This document shows, one piece after another, positions 1-8,383 of a DNA stretch of 64,000 bases (position 1 is its first letter; every line of letters begins with the position of its first letter). A program made the position numbers and the translations under genes. The DNA is taken from NCBI GenBank assembly GCA_964291405.2, contig OZ219926.1, forward strand, positions 3,616,001-3,680,000. The letters are read 5' to 3'. The notes under the pieces are model-generated. The model was not told the origin of the DNA. It saw only the letters and a program-made list of their open reading frames with translations, and did no database searches. This stretch comes from Thermodesulfobacteriota bacterium (lineage in GTDB: Bacteria; Desulfobacterota; Binatia; Bin18).

Positions 1-118
1 AGAGATTGAACCAGTCGCTTACCAAGTCGGCTACGCGCTCTGGTTCCAAACTCTCGTCGACTGAGGAGGCAATTTCCAGAATTGGTCTATGCAGTTCAGC
101 TTGCGTAGGTATAGCCAT
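1..118 (-). CDS. Mrr N-terminal winged-helix domain protein (5' part; runs off window)
   Basis: Not in the ORF track. Manual translation from ATG at 118 gives MAIPTQAELHRPILEIASSVDESLEPERVADLVSDWFNL, resembling Mrr_N (MAIP....L..P.L...F.L). AGGA upstream. Confidence 0.6.
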   Translation of the reverse strand, partial: MAIPTQAELHRPILEIASSVDESLEPERVADLVSDWFNL

Positions 119-167
119 TATTTTGTGTTCCTTATCTACTTGTCTTGTCACAACGGAGGGAACGATC

Positions 168-1064
168 TTATCCCAGCGCGTCTTCCATCTTGGCCTTGAA
201 ATCGCGCATGACCTGACAGACGGCCTCGGGCTTGGGCGCGGCGCAGGTGACGTGCAGTCCATGCAGACCCGCGTCGCGGTAGGCACGAATTTCGGCCACG
301 GTGATGCCGGGGTCAACCATTGAGGTGATTTCCAACTCGGCATAATCCCGTCCGCCCGCTTCCATAAGCTGGCGCAGTTCATCAAAACGGTGCTGAATAT
401 CACTCAGGGGCAGCGGGCCGATATGCCAACCCTGACCGAATTTAACCACCCGCTTCAGCGCCGGAGTGGACTCGCCCCCGACCCAGATGGGCGGGTGCGG
501 TTTTTGGGTTGGCTTGGGAGCAAAATGCAGGTCGCGGTTGATCTGGACAAACCTGCCATCGAAACGGGGCGTTTCGTTCGTCCAGACCTCTTTCATGACG
601 GCAATATATTCCCGTGTACGGGGTGCCCGCTCTTTATACGGCACACCGAGCAACTCGAACTCATCCGCCATCCAGCCCACGCCGGCCCCAAAGATCACCC
701 GTCCGCCCGACGCCACATCAAGCGAGGCCACGACCCGTGCCATCTCCAAGGGATGACGATAGGGAACAATCGTTACGCTGGTTCCCAACCTGACCGTTTT
801 GGTGACGGGAATGAGCAGGGCCAGGACGGTGAAGGCGTCCATCCATTCCATTGAGGTAAACACCGAATAGGGGTCCTGGCCGCGCGCCTGGGCCGCGTCA
901 ACATAGGGATAGATCGAGTCGATCTTTTTCGGAATAGTAATATGGTCGCCGGTCACAATGCTGTCATAACCGAGTTCTTCCGCAGTCTCGCCGATTTTGC
1001 GTGCGCCATCGACCTCGCGCAACGCGGCCCCACCACCCACGTGCAGTCCGCAATACATTGCCAT
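168..1064 (-). CDS. LLM-class (probably F420-dependent) oxidoreductase
   Basis: AEELGYDS..GDH, RLGTSVTIVPYRHP, LDVASGGR..FGAGVGW, PKPTQKPHPPIWVGG. Confidence 0.9.
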   Translation of the reverse strand: MAMYCGLHVGGGAALREVDGARKIGETAEELGYDSIVTGDHITIPKKIDSIYPYVDAAQARGQDPYSVFTSMEWMDAFTVLALLIPVTKTVRLGTSVTIVPYRHPLEMARVVASLDVASGGRVIFGAGVGWMADEFELLGVPYKERAPRTREYIAVMKEVWTNETPRFDGRFVQINRDLHFAPKPTQKPHPPIWVGGESTPALKRVVKFGQGWHIGPLPLSDIQHRFDELRQLMEAGGRDYAELEITSMVDPGITVAEIRAYRDAGLHGLHVTCAAPKPEAVCQVMRDFKAKMEDALG

Positions 1065-1094
1065 AGAAAATTCCTCCTGTTGTGTCGGACGCGG

Positions 1095-1856
1095 CTACTG
1101 CGCCACAATCCCACCATCAACGGCCATGGCGTGGCCGGTGACGAACGAGGCCGCGTCGGAGCACAGCCAGACTGCGGTTTCGGCAATTTCTTCCGGCTGA
1201 CCCATACGGCCGATGGGCTCGCCGGCTTCAATCTTCTCGAACATTCTGGGCCGGCGTTCTTTGAGTCGGCCGACCATGGACGTATCAATAATACCCGGAC
1301 AGACGGCATTCACCCGGATACCGGATTTGGCATATTCCAGGGCTGCGGTTTTGGTCAGACCGACCACTCCGTGCTTGCTGGCCACATAGGCCGGCATCCG
1401 CGGCGCCCCAAGCAGCCCGGCGGCTGAGGACGTGTTGACGATAGCCCCGCCGCCGTTTTTGAGCATCTGCGGAATCTCGTACTTCATGCACAGCCATACT
1501 CCGGTCAGATTAATCGCAATCACCGGGGCCCAGTCCGCCTCGGTATAATCCGCGGTTGAGGCCAGTGCACCCTCAATGCCGGCGTTGTTATAGGCGCAGT
1601 CCAGGCGGCCGTAGGTCTCGACCACCGCGCTCACCATGGCCTCGACTTCCGCGGCCTTGGACATATCGGCCTTAATACAAAACGCTTCGCCACCGGCGTC
1701 CTGAATCATCTTCACGGTTTCCTCGGCTCCGGCCACATTGACATCGGCCACTGCGACCTTGGCGCCTTCGCGGGCAAATATCTGGGCCGCGGCCCGCCCG
1801 ATACCCGAGCTGGCCCCGGTGACCAGGGCGACTTTGTCTTGCATCAAATCTGTCAT
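1095..1856 (-). CDS. Short-chain dehydrogenase/reductase (paralog 1)
   Basis: [17 protein letters not shown] (YxxxK). Confidence 0.95.
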   Translation of the reverse strand: MTDLMQDKVALVTGASSGIGRAAAQIFAREGAKVAVADVNVAGAEETVKMIQDAGGEAFCIKADMSKAAEVEAMVSAVVETYGRLDCAYNNAGIEGALASTADYTEADWAPVIAINLTGVWLCMKYEIPQMLKNGGGAIVNTSSAAGLLGAPRMPAYVASKHGVVGLTKTAALEYAKSGIRVNAVCPGIIDTSMVGRLKERRPRMFEKIEAGEPIGRMGQPEEIAETAVWLCSDAASFVTGHAMAVDGGIVAQ

Positions 1857-1972
1857 TCTTTTTCCTCCTTATTTTCAGAACGAAATGTATCATGTCCCGA
1901 TGTTATCGAGCCGTTTATGCCTCTGGCTCACCCGACCTACTGACTATCCGAGCGCTAGTGGGAAGGACTGTT

Positions 1973-2182
1973 TCAATCTGAAGAGAAGAGAGGTTCCATC
2001 GAGACCTCAACGTCCTTTTTTTGTACGACCTTGGACGCATCGAGGATTTCAATCTCCAGTGGTCTTCCTTTTGCGGACAGGTGAACAATGATCCCTTCAC
2101 CAACATCCTTGGAGTCTGTAGGTATTCCTTTGCGGAATTGGATAATCATGACATCTGCATCAGGAGAATATGCGATCTTCAT
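1973..2182 (-). CDS. DUF2283-family small protein (putative antitoxin)
   Basis: MKIAYSPDADVMII...EIEILDAS pattern; start moved to ATG 2182; overlaps the upstream DUF4258-like gene. Confidence 0.8.
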   Translation of the reverse strand: MKIAYSPDADVMIIQFRKGIPTDSKDVGEGIIVHLSAKGRPLEIEILDASKVVQKKDVEVSMEPLFSSD

Positions 2183-2483
2183 AGGTCCCTCGTCCTTGAA
2201 AGTAGCGTTCCGATACAGGATTGTACACAGTGACAACAACCGGCATGTCTGCTTCGTATTCGTAAATGACTCGCAAAACGTGCCCTCTCGTTCGACGATG
2301 AGCAATAAAACGTCCCCGATGTCCACGGAGAACTTCTTCTGGATAAAGAAGTGTTCGTAAGGTCGCCTGGACCGTGAGTCGCCATTTGTTTATCCGCCCT
2401 AGAACATGAAAGGTCAGCAAGAGTGAGGCAGATTTCTTCTTTGCTTGTACTTCATAAAGCTTCCCTCGCGGATGATCATGCAC
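2160..2483 (-). CDS. DUF4258-family protein (putative RelE/BrnT-like toxin); start uncertain
   Basis: TFH...R....LRVIYE...VVVTVY pattern; adjacent to DUF2283 gene. Confidence 0.7.
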   Translation of the reverse strand: MHDHPRGKLYEVQAKKKSASLLLTFHVLGRINKWRLTVQATLRTLLYPEEVLRGHRGRFIAHRRTRGHVLRVIYEYEADMPVVVTVYNPVSERYFQGRGTYEDRIFS

Positions 2484-2532
2484 TGCAATGATTATAATTT
2501 CGTGCACAGTGTTTCCATCGCGAAAGCCGTCT

Positions 2533-3294
2533 TTATTGCGCAACCATGCCGCCATCGACGGACATGGCGTGACCGGTGATGAACGAGGCCGCGTCCGAGC
2601 ACAGCCATACCACCGATTCGGCGATTTCCTGGGGGATGCCCATGCGACCGACCGGTTCAAAAGAGGCCATCTTTGCGGCCCGGTGGGGACGGTGACCGGT
2701 CAGCCGGCCCATCATGGGCGTATCAATTGCGCCGGGGCAGACGGCATTCACCCGGATGCCGGATTTGGCGTATTCCAGGGCCGCGGTTTTAGTCAGGCCG
2801 AGCACGCCATGCTTGCTGGCCACATAGGCCGAGCCCCGGCGGAAACCGAGCAGTCCGGCGGCTGAAGACGTATTGACGATCGCGCCCCCGCCCTGGGTGA
2901 GCATCGGCGGAACCTCATACTTCATGCACAACCACACGCCAGTCAGATTGATCGCAATCACTTGGTCCCAATCCGCTTCCGTATAGTCGGTTGTCATCAT
3001 CGAGCTGCCCTCAACCCCCGCGTTGTTATGGGCCGCGTCCAGCCGTCCGTAGGTCTCGACCGTCTTGGCAACGAGGGCTTCGACCTGCGCGGCCTGCGAC
3101 ACATCCGCGCTGACAAAGAGCGCCTCACCGCCAGCCTCCCGTATGAGGCGGACCGTCTCTTCCCCACCTTCAATCACAACGTCGGACACCACGACCTTGG
3201 CCCCTTCCCGGGCGAAGGTCAGCGCGGTCGCGCGGCCAATACCCGAACTGGCTCCAGTAACAAGGGCGACTTTGCCCTGCATCAAGTCTGCCAT
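2533..3294 (-). CDS. Short-chain dehydrogenase/reductase (paralog 2)
   Basis: [17 protein letters not shown]. Confidence 0.95.
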   Translation of the reverse strand: MADLMQGKVALVTGASSGIGRATALTFAREGAKVVVSDVVIEGGEETVRLIREAGGEALFVSADVSQAAQVEALVAKTVETYGRLDAAHNNAGVEGSSMMTTDYTEADWDQVIAINLTGVWLCMKYEVPPMLTQGGGAIVNTSSAAGLLGFRRGSAYVASKHGVLGLTKTAALEYAKSGIRVNAVCPGAIDTPMMGRLTGHRPHRAAKMASFEPVGRMGIPQEIAESVVWLCSDAASFITGHAMSVDGGMVAQ

Positions 3295-3468
3295 GTCTAT
3301 GCTCCCTTCATTCCTCTTCTTAACGTACGCTGAGCCGTTCTGTAGAGCCCTCTACGAGTCGATTGAGAGCGTCCTCGTGCTCTCTATGAAACGGAAGATC
3401 ATACCTGAGCGCGAGCGAGCCAGGTTTCAGAACCGCGGGCCGTCGAATCGTTAGGACTGCCTCCGGTG

Positions 3469-4158
3469 TCAGCGCCGTTGCCCCCAGGTATCCCAATGCG
3501 TGCACTCCCGGCCGGGGACACGTTTTGCGGGTTTGAACTCCACCCCCTTGGTGTAGGCGACTGGCAGGAACGCCACTTGGGTCAGATGATCGGGAATGCC
3601 CAGGATTTCGGTTATCTCCCGCTCGAAGGGCACATGAATGGTGGTCAGCACCGAGCCAAGGCCACGAGCCCGCAACGCCAGGAGAAAGGACCATGTTGCG
3701 GGTAGAATCGAAGCGAACAGCGAGGTCTGAGACGCTAGTCCCGCATTTTCCATTCGGCCTTCGATACACGGGAGGACAAAGACCGGAACCTCGTGGATGT
3801 GCTCGCGCAAGTACACCGAAGATTCGAACAGACGATCGAGCTGGGCGGAGCGGATGTCGTTGCGGGGACGCTGCAGAACGCTGGCCAGATATTGATCCGG
3901 AACAGCCTTCCCCAGGTTATAATCATCAACCGCTCGTCTATAGATATCGGCCAGTGCTGCACGTTTGGTCGGATCGGTCACTACAACGAAATGCCACGTC
4001 TGGCCCAGAAGACCAGTCGGAGCCTGGACGGCGATCGCTATGCATTCCTCAATCACTTCAGGTTCTACCGGCCGGGTGAAGTCAAGGCGCTTACGCACCG
4101 CCCGCGTGGTTGTAAGAATGTAATCTATGCTGGCCATGTCCATGCTTGCGAAGTCCAT
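3469..4158 (-). CDS. Nitroreductase family protein
   Basis: TTRAVRKRLD, APTG..Q.WHFVVV, LALRARGLGSVLTT; start at 4158 after GGGAGG. Confidence 0.9.
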   Translation of the reverse strand: MDFASMDMASIDYILTTTRAVRKRLDFTRPVEPEVIEECIAIAVQAPTGLLGQTWHFVVVTDPTKRAALADIYRRAVDDYNLGKAVPDQYLASVLQRPRNDIRSAQLDRLFESSVYLREHIHEVPVFVLPCIEGRMENAGLASQTSLFASILPATWSFLLALRARGLGSVLTTIHVPFEREITEILGIPDHLTQVAFLPVAYTKGVEFKPAKRVPGRECTHWDTWGQRR

Positions 4159-4228
4159 TGCTCCCTCCCATTCATGGTGCCTGTCCTGCCGCGCTCCGTA
4201 GTCGCCCACTATCGCTTCTTGGGACGCT

Positions 4229-4678
4229 TTAGCCCTGCGCCAGCCGTCTCCGTGCCACGAGCCCGTAGACGAGTACGGAGCTGGCTATCAGGCATAGGAT
4301 CGTCACTGCCAGGAAGAGGAGATTGACAAAATTGTTCTTCCATCCCAGCTCGAGAGCAAACTGAATACCCCGGACGTTCCAAAAGGGCTGCAGAAATTCC
4401 CCAAGTACATTGAGATAGCCCTGGAGAATAATGAAGTTCACCGTGCGGACCTTCCATCGCTCTGACAGCGTTGCGAACTCGGTGAGATAGGCAAAGAGGA
4501 TGACGATGAATCCGTTCAGTAAACCCTGAATGTGGGCACCCACGAGTTCTCTGGCGTCGTAACCCGACACAAAGCCTGCCGCAACAAAGAATGCAAACAG
4601 GCCGATCAGAAAGCCGATAAGGAGCAATATCCCGGCATGTAAAGCCGCACCGCTCACGGGGGTTTCCGCCGTATTCAT
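4229..4678 (-). CDS. Four-TM membrane protein, styrene-oxide isomerase (StyC)-like
   Basis: Four hydrophobic segments; GAHIQGLLNG resembles the StyC AH....LNG heme-His motif. Confidence 0.55.
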   Translation of the reverse strand: MNTAETPVSGAALHAGILLLIGFLIGLFAFFVAAGFVSGYDARELVGAHIQGLLNGFIVILFAYLTEFATLSERWKVRTVNFIILQGYLNVLGEFLQPFWNVRGIQFALELGWKNNFVNLLFLAVTILCLIASSVLVYGLVARRRLAQG

Positions 4679-4877
4679 ATGGCTCTCTCCTTTAGTCGAG
4701 AACTCATACGGGAGTATACGCAGCTTTAATTCCAGAAGTCAAAGAACAATGGCGGAGAGGGCCGTGTCCCCGTATGTATCTTCCTCCGCTCCTTCCAGAG
4801 GCAAGGAAGTAGACATTACCGACTCTACTCGTCTCAGCCGACACCTGCTAAGACCACATGCAAGGAGGGAGACACTC

Positions 4878-5834
4878 ATGCCGAAATGGAATTATACCAA
4901 AGGGCTCCACGATCTGGGGAATGGCCTGTTTGCCTATCTCCTGCCCGACGGTTCGTGGGGCTGGAGTAACGCCGGGCTGGTGGTGGATGGAGATCAGTCT
5001 CTGCTGGTTGATACGCTCTTTGACCTTGCTCTCACGCGGGAGATGCTGGTTGCCATGCAAGACGCGACCGGTGCGGCACAGTCGATCAACACGCTGGTGA
5101 ATACCCATGCCAACGGTGACCACTGGTTCGGCAATCAACTCGTGCACGGCGCGCAAATCATTGCCTCCAAGGCGTGCGCGCAAGAGATGGAAGAACTCCC
5201 GCCCAGCCGTCTCGCCGATATGATGACAGCCGCTCCCAATATGGGTGAGCTGGGCGAATATCTCACCAGGATTCTCGGCTCATTCCGCTTCGACGATATT
5301 ATCCCCACCCATCCCTCGCGTACGTTTGAGAAACGTCTCGATCTCAAGGTGGGAGACAAAGACGTCCAACTCATTGAGGTCGGCCCTGCCCATACCCTGG
5401 GTGATGTCCTGGTCTATGTGCCCGACGAGCGGACGATTTTCACCGGAGACATTCTTTTTATTGACGGGACGCCACTGATGTGGAACGGCCCGATCGCCAA
5501 CTGGATCAAGGCGTGTGAGCTGATGCTTGCCCTTGACGTTGAAACCGTGGTGCCGGGGCATGGGCCGATCACCGACAAGCGCGGCGTCGAGTCGGTCAGG
5601 GGATATCTGCAATATATTGAAAAGGAAACCCGCGAGCGCTTCGACGCCGGCCTGTCTGCAATCGAGGCGGCCAATGATATCGCGCTGCACGATTACGCCG
5701 CGTGGGGGGATGCCGAGCGCATTGTCGTGAACGTCAACACGCTCTATCGCGAGTTCAGCGGCGAAACCGCGGCCCCGAGTTTTGCCGACCTGTTCGGAGG
5801 CATGGCCACTTGGGCGAAGGGGCGGCAGCATTAG
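4878..5834 (+). CDS. Metallo-beta-lactamase-fold hydrolase (cyclase-like)
   Basis: NTHANGDHWFGN, GPAHT.GD, FTGD, VPGHG; start ATG 4878 after AGGAGG. Confidence 0.9.
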   Translation: MPKWNYTKGLHDLGNGLFAYLLPDGSWGWSNAGLVVDGDQSLLVDTLFDLALTREMLVAMQDATGAAQSINTLVNTHANGDHWFGNQLVHGAQIIASKACAQEMEELPPSRLADMMTAAPNMGELGEYLTRILGSFRFDDIIPTHPSRTFEKRLDLKVGDKDVQLIEVGPAHTLGDVLVYVPDERTIFTGDILFIDGTPLMWNGPIANWIKACELMLALDVETVVPGHGPITDKRGVESVRGYLQYIEKETRERFDAGLSAIEAANDIALHDYAAWGDAERIVVNVNTLYREFSGETAAPSFADLFGGMATWAKGRQH

Positions 5835-5954
5835 GAGCCCTTTATCAGCGAGGCCAAGACCCTGCGGGCGGCGGCGTCAAGGTCCCCCGTACGAGGGTAG
5901 TGTCTCCCTTTGAAATTGGTACTCCTCTGCGTTCGTCACACTATTCCTTCCTGT

Positions 5955-6075
5955 CCGAGCGCCTGTGGTAATAGTCGAGTCTCGCTCCCGTCTTGAGAGC
6001 CCCAGGCGGGAGTCAGGGGACGATTTTCCTCCCAAACTGGTAGGGGCAGACGCCAGCAGTTGTGTCTAGATGTCC
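5955..6075 (+). promoter_or_regulatory. Conserved upstream element with hairpin (copy A; copy B at 8196-8325)
   Basis: Diverged homologous copies precede Cache genes 1 and 2; stem at 5985-6012 is retained through G-U pairs. Confidence 0.5.
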
Positions 6076-6160
6076 GGGAGCCCTCCTCTCGGCGTCCGTA
6101 CCCTACATGGACCACGCCGGGAGCCCCACTGGCCCTTTCTGCAGGACTGACCGCCGTCAG

Positions 6161-6202
6161 TTCCTTGTAAGATTATGAGGTTTCCTTATAAGATTATGAG
6201 GT
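6161..6202. repeat. 2 x 21-bp tandem direct repeat TTCCTTRTAAGATTATGAGGT
   Basis: 6161-6181 and 6182-6202 differ at one base. Confidence 0.85.
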
Positions 6203-6412
6203 CAATGCCTCTGCCCCTGCCTTACTTTAGCTGTAAACGAAGGCTCTCGGATGAGAGGGAAGGGCATACCGAACGCGGAGGAGAAAGAAATTCAAACTGA
6301 GACACTACCGTCGCCAGGGGATTCTTTACATACGAGCCAAACTCATTATATATACGTTCAGACTGTATGCATGTCCAGGATGCATTTCACGTCTGGAAGG
6401 AAGGAGCTTCAC

Positions 6413-8110
6413 ATGGCCGCAGGAATAGACATTCAGTGGGAACGGAAAAACGGGGCTTTGGTTGCCGCGACATCGCTGATTCTTGTGAGCGGCCTGCTCG
6501 TGCTGGCCGGCATCTTTTCCAATGTACGCCCGGCCTTCGCGCAGACGCAAATCGAATGTCCACTGCCCGCCGGCGTGACTCCGCCCGCGGACCCACGTGT
6601 GACGGCGAAACAGGTGGAAGACGGCCGCGCTACCCTGATGGACTTCGCACTGGCCGTGAGAGAGCGGTCCAGAGAGCATTCCCAGCAGGCCACGACCGTG
6701 GAACAAGGTCAATCCACGACCGTGGAACAAGGTCAATATATCGGATGTATCATCAGGCAGGAGGGCAGTCCCTGGCGTTCCGGTTCCACGTACATCGTAA
6801 CCCTGACGACCGACGGCAGGGTGTACATTCACGCCAAGGACATGGCATTGTCGGGCAGGCTGCTCAACCCCTTGATTTACGCAGAGATCCTTTCCGCGCT
6901 GGGCGTCTCCCCAACCGATCTCGCTAACCTGGCTTCTCCCGATCCTGGCACCGCCGGCCCCGCTCTCCAGGCCGTCCTTGCCGCATTGTCGCAAGAACCG
7001 GATGGCGCTTTCGATGCGACTGCCTCTATACCCGGCGCCTCCGGCCATGCCGCCGTCTATGTCTCGTCCGAATTAGGGGCCGCTCCGATCGTGCTGCTCG
7101 CCGGATTCGATCTCAATGAGTCTCATTTGGTCTCCATTGACGATGAAACAATCGATTACGGTGATCCGGCCGTCACCGCCAGGGACGTGGTGGACCGTGA
7201 GACCTTGAAGGCCTTTGTCACGCAAGCGGGGGAGTTCTTTCTTGAAATCATGAGTACCGGCAATGTAGCGGCGGCCTCGAAAGCCCGGATCGCCTTTCGG
7301 GATCCGAACGGGCCGTGGAGACATGGGTCCGTGTACATTGCCGTGTTGCAACCTGCCACCAATCTCATCCTGTTTCACGGAGCGTTTCCGGATCGGTTCG
7401 AGCTTCGACAAGCAGGGATTTCCCGCGACGCCGTGACCGGAGAGCTCATCGTGGATCAGCTCACCGCCGCGGCGAATAGCGGCCCGGAAGGCGGTTTCTG
7501 GGAGTATCACTTCGACGATCCCGCCGACGATAGCGATAGCGCCGACATCCCCAAGGTGGGTTACGCCCGCGTGTTCTCCGGTCAACTCCCGGGGCCGGGC
7601 GGAACCACGATCCCCACCGACTTCATCATCAATTCGGGATTTTATGTGAGCCCAGCGGGCACAGGGGATCTGGTGGGGGTGCTGGAGAATCCGGGGCCGG
7701 ACTCGTTTCAGAGTGGGGTGAGCGCGCTGTGGGGCTGGGTATGCGACGCCGCGATGGTGGAGATCGAGATCGAGACCGCGCAGGGGGAGGTCGAGCCGTA
7801 CAGGGCGATGTATGGCATGGAGCGGTTGGATACGCAGGCTATCTGTGGAGACACGAATAATGGGTTTGTGTTGTTATTCAACTGGAACCGGTTGGGCGCG
7901 GGTGACCACATGGTCACCGCCTTGGTCGACGGGCTCGAACTGGGCCGGGCGATGGTGCGGGTGACGACCGTAGGCGAGGGGGATCAGGAGGAGTTTCTGC
8001 GCGGGGCGATGGGCGAATGTGTGGCGGAGGACTTCCCGCAGCTGGGGCAGAGTGCCTTATTGGAGTGGCAGCAGAATAGCCAAAACTTCGTCATTACGGA
8101 TGTTCAGTAG
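6413..8110 (+). CDS. Secreted tandem Cache_2-like domain protein with constant C-terminal module (copy 1)
   Basis: Signal-peptide-like ...RPAFAQ; LKAFV..A, PWRHGSVY, GGFWEYHFDDP, KVGYA, INSGFY; C-terminal LENPGPDSFQSG...FNWNRLG; AAGGAG before ATG 6413. Confidence 0.8.
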   Translation: MAAGIDIQWERKNGALVAATSLILVSGLLVLAGIFSNVRPAFAQTQIECPLPAGVTPPADPRVTAKQVEDGRATLMDFALAVRERSREHSQQATTVEQGQSTTVEQGQYIGCIIRQEGSPWRSGSTYIVTLTTDGRVYIHAKDMALSGRLLNPLIYAEILSALGVSPTDLANLASPDPGTAGPALQAVLAALSQEPDGAFDATASIPGASGHAAVYVSSELGAAPIVLLAGFDLNESHLVSIDDETIDYGDPAVTARDVVDRETLKAFVTQAGEFFLEIMSTGNVAAASKARIAFRDPNGPWRHGSVYIAVLQPATNLILFHGAFPDRFELRQAGISRDAVTGELIVDQLTAAANSGPEGGFWEYHFDDPADDSDSADIPKVGYARVFSGQLPGPGGTTIPTDFIINSGFYVSPAGTGDLVGVLENPGPDSFQSGVSALWGWVCDAAMVEIEIETAQGEVEPYRAMYGMERLDTQAICGDTNNGFVLLFNWNRLGAGDHMVTALVDGLELGRAMVRVTTVGEGDQEEFLRGAMGECVAEDFPQLGQSALLEWQQNSQNFVITDVQ

Positions 8111-8215
8111 GGGCGCCACATGCATTGCCCCTCCTTATTATTCTGAAACAGCGGCCTCGCCTGGTCGGCGCGACTGTGTCCGTTCAAGACCACGGCCGAG
8201 AGCCTGCGGTCACAG
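7620..8215 (+). repeat. ~600-bp direct repeat (C-terminal module plus downstream spacer), copy 1
   Basis: Reads identical to 9486-10081; 7629-8098 also matches 11268-11737 except position 11478. Confidence 0.9.
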
Positions 8216-8325
8216 TCGAGACTCGTTCCTGTCTTGAGAACCCAGGGCGGGAGCAAGATAGGAGCAGTGACGATTTTCCTCACCAATTAGTAGTGACAAC
8301 CAGCCGACAATTATGTATAGATGCC
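8196..8325 (+). promoter_or_regulatory. Conserved upstream element with hairpin (copy B)
   Basis: Homologous to 5955-6075; 8216-8320 is missing from the equivalent spacer before gene 3. Confidence 0.5.
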
Positions 8326-8383
8326 GAACGGCCCTTCGTGCCCGTGGGAGTGTCACGTACGGGAGCCGAGAGAGGACCTGAAG

